Part shown: positions 61,275 through 64,000 of the stretch, piece by piece
How the letters are laid out: each line of letters begins with the position of its first letter
Position numbering within the stretch: the first letter of the stretch is position 1
NCBI RefSeq assembly: GCF_006345805.1
Contig: NW_021836291.1
Coordinates: 310,001 to 374,000, forward strand
From: Octopus sinensis
Taxonomy: Eukaryota
Length of the DNA stretch: 64,000 nucleotides
Direction: 5' to 3'
Notes under the pieces: generated by a model
Seen by the model: only the letters and a program-made list of their open reading frames with translations
What the model was told of the DNA's origin: nothing
Databases searched by the model: none
Translations under genes and position numbers: made by a program

Positions 61275-61680
61275 TTTTCTAGGCAAGCTAAATACAATCG
61301 AACTTGTCAGACCATGGCGGGACTATAAAGGTTTTGATATTTATGAAAATCATCTTATCAAAAGGACTTTTAGTAGGATGGATATTTATTAAGAAAATCT
61401 GTTACAGCTTGATTTTTTAACAATGTGCGTGTTGTTTAGTATCATCAGTTTTTTATTAACGAAAGAAGTGAAGTGTCCTTCTGAATATCTTCGCAAAGTT
61501 CTGAATATCTTCGAGCATAAAGCGAATGTCCATGCAAGTCAATTTGGCCTTGTCTGCTAAACCACTCATCGTCGTTTGAATCACTTAGACTCAGCATAAT
61601 TTGATTTCCGATAAAAATGCTGTTCCAGGAGGGCATTTTTCTCCTCGTTCAGGTCATGCCTGTGTCCTATCAATCTGAGG
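61275..61680 (+). CDS. Possible unidentified spliced gene
   Basis: Removing GT-AG segments of 21, 24 and 37 nt gives about 100 aa (KIFLGKLNTIELVRPWRDYKGF..KANVHASQFGLTQHNL..VPGGHFSPRSG). Start and family not established. Confidence 0.3.
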
Positions 61681-61809
61681 ATAACATCTTTGAAATCATC
61701 AAACTAATTTCTTCGGGTTTTGTGTTACCTAACAAGAATAACTATTTTATATAATGTAATAAAAATAACTAACATTTATAAATTGAGAACATGTCGCTAA
61801 GGAGATAGA

Positions 61810-62531
61810 ATGAAGTATTTTACTGCCAATGAAGTCTCGTATCACAATTCTGGAAATGACATATGGGTTTCCTTTCTCAACAAAGTTTATGACCTCACCC
61901 CACTTTTGAATGAGGAGATATGTGACAAGTCTATGTTTTAAATTTAGGTTCGACATTGACAAGGCCTCTTCTTTCAGTCGCAGGGAGTGATATTTCCCAT
62001 TGGTTTGATCCGCAGACGCGTTCGGTATGTAAATATGTATTATATTTTCAAGATGAAAGTATACATTGACCCTGTGACAAACTGTCAACTCACATACGCC
62101 CCTCGTGGATCTTTCCTTCATTGTCCTCCTTTCTTCCCTCGTTCTGATTGGAAAAATGACTTTTCCGTGCCTTGGTGGGAGGATGAGACATACTGTATTG
62201 GACGACTCTCTACGAAAACTAGACTAATTCGCATTCTCAATTCATTTACTTCGCAGGCACATGTAGTCGAGGTAAAAGAAATCCAATAATAACAAATAAG
62301 GTTTGTTCCGAAGAAAAAATTGATCAAATCTTGGAAAGATATCTCAAATATAACTCACACGCTCGTAGTTATACTTGGAAATACATGGGGAAACCGTTAG
62401 AGATGACTAAGACGTTGGAGGAGAACGGAATCACCGACGAAGATGAGCTATTTGCTGACTTGGGAATGGATTCCAATGAATTTCTTCCTACAATTCAACT
62501 TTACTTTAACGACGACTTGACTGTTGGGTAA
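61810..62531 (+). CDS. CYB5D1: Cytochrome b5 domain-containing protein 1 (ciliary/radial-spoke-associated)
   Basis: Introns of 26, 28 and 29 nt. [80 protein letters not shown] matches CYB5D1 along its length. Confidence 0.95.
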
Positions 62532-62949
62532 TTTAATTGTCATTACTAATATATTTCACTAACCATCTTTACAAATATATTTCATTAAAAATCAAACATT
62601 CTTTCATTTTATTATTTTTCCTGGAGAGGGTGGCACAAGCGAGATGAGGCTGCAAAGAGATTTTACTTTGCTATCGTTTAACTCCAGAGGTCTATCTGAG
62701 CTATACAAGCAAAAAATCCAATGCCAGGATCGGAATGTATACAGCCCCGTTGGCTGAAGAGTATTCTTAGGATGCTGGAGTACGGCCATCGTGGTTCAGC
62801 AACAAAGGAGTCTACTTTTGAGCTGGATCAATCTTTTCAACGTCCCCACCCGTGAGGCGGCGAGTCCTACTGGCACGACACAGTTGTTAAAAGGGAATCT
62901 TTATTTTTCCTGATTTACATTATTAATGAAAACTTCTAATTATGCAAAA

Positions 62950-64000
62950 CCTTTCCTTTTCAAAGTACTAAAATTCGGTCAGAGACAACAGGACTGACAG
63001 AAATTGGAACTGAGCCTTTACCATCTTTCTTTGACTGTTATGAAGATTTGGAGGTCTATGCTGATTGGCACAAACGATTCCTTCCTACTGTCTCTGCATT
63101 TGATTAGCTAGCTATGCTTGTTTTTTGTGCCTGAGTTGGCACTATGATGTGCAACTTGGGGAGGTTTTGAAAAAAAACCAAAGGGCAGACTAGGTGAGAT
63201 ACAACAAGTACCGAATTATTCTCTTACACTTCATTACGGGTAGGGGTTCGGGATTCATAAGACTTTTTAGAATTCAATTCACAAATACTACTTGTAAACG
63301 ACCGTATGTGTACTACAAAGGAGACAAAAAACTACGAGCAACTCGGATTGAATAATAAGCATTATTAGGTGACTGGAACGCGAAAGCAGGCAAAGACCAC
63401 GGCGAAGAAATGTTAATGGGGAGACATGGATGAGGGATAAGGAACCCACCAGGTGACATGCTTGTGAACTTGTGCAGCTTATTCAAACTACTGTAGGCAA
63501 TACGATCTTTCCTCATGGGGTACGTCATAAAACCACGTAGACCAAGACTAGAAAAAACAAAACGAGGAGTAAGTCAACATCTATAAACAAATTGATTATA
63601 TCATTTGGAAACTAGAAAAACATTGATTGCTGGATGTTGGGTCTTGCGGTAGGGAACTTACACTGGGCGACCACAAATTTATAGTGGCCCGATTAAAAGT
63701 AAAAAGATTCTTTAGATTGGCCATTTCAACAGAGAATGAATCAAATCGGATAAAATATTTAGTGCAAAAACTGATTACATCGATGTTACGAGAAAAATAT
63801 ACTTTCAAACAATCATCGAAAATCAACCAGTAACAGAGACGAGGAAAGACCAAAACAAAAGCTGGGATATCTTGAAAAAACTTATTTACAAGGCTGCAAA
63901 GAAATCAGATTGGAACAACTGTATGCTAAAGTTGCTCAAAGCTGTTGAATCCAAATATTGCTGATATACAAAAACTGAAAATCGAAAACACCAACGACTA
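62950..64000 (+). mobile_element. RTE-clade LINE endonuclease (APE) region, degraded, runs off the window
   Basis: LLGDWNAKAGK..GRHG.GIRN..GDMLVNLC..GNTIFPH..HKTT; QIDYI..GDHKFIVARLKVK. Confidence 0.8.

Noticed and set aside
61445-61636. Minus ORF with IDLHG (Smr-like)
   Set aside because: The motif is not followed by Smr structure, and the plus strand gives a better spliced frame in a plus-oriented block.
1-64000. CRISPR arrays, rRNA, snRNA/SL RNA, telomeric arrays or prokaryotic operons
   Set aside because: None seen by eye; the only regular array is the 30-mer at 11651-11763, which has no unique spacers. A covariance-model scan would be needed to exclude small RNAs.

Overview
AT-rich eukaryotic, most likely metazoan, genomic DNA with two compartments. 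(1) Small, tightly packed islands of host genes broken by about 50 ultra-short spliceosomal introns, nearly all 23-34 nt. These encode COX6B, acylglycerol kinase, mago nashi, ENGase, a minimal CREB-type bZIP, prolylcarboxypeptidase, a transgelin/myophilin-type CH protein, an ANTH protein, a STRAD pseudokinase and CYB5D1. The ORF track fragments all of them, so I spliced them by hand. (2) A sea of nested transposons: at least 8 CRE-like non-LTR copies (two near full length, with an N-terminal PHD finger), RTE, I/Jockey, CR1/L2 and R4/NeSL-like RLE LINEs, several hAT, Tc1, pogo/Tigger and MULE elements, and an intron-containing Ginger-like integrase. About 25-nt introns, the standard code, animal-type genes and a ciliary gene suggest a dicyemid mesozoan (inference, not verified). 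The strongest leads are: two introns that apparently need a TG instead of AG acceptor; PHD-RT-RLE CRE retroelements, one carrying an inverted copy of its own 3' end at its 5' junction; a GC-AG micro-intron inside an integrase; a textbook twin-primed RTE insertion; and a probably intact hAT whose frameshifts are all homopolymer contractions. Gene, TSD and intron coordinates were counted by hand. Boundaries of degraded TE fragments are approximate (tens of bp). Family names come from motif recognition, not database searches.
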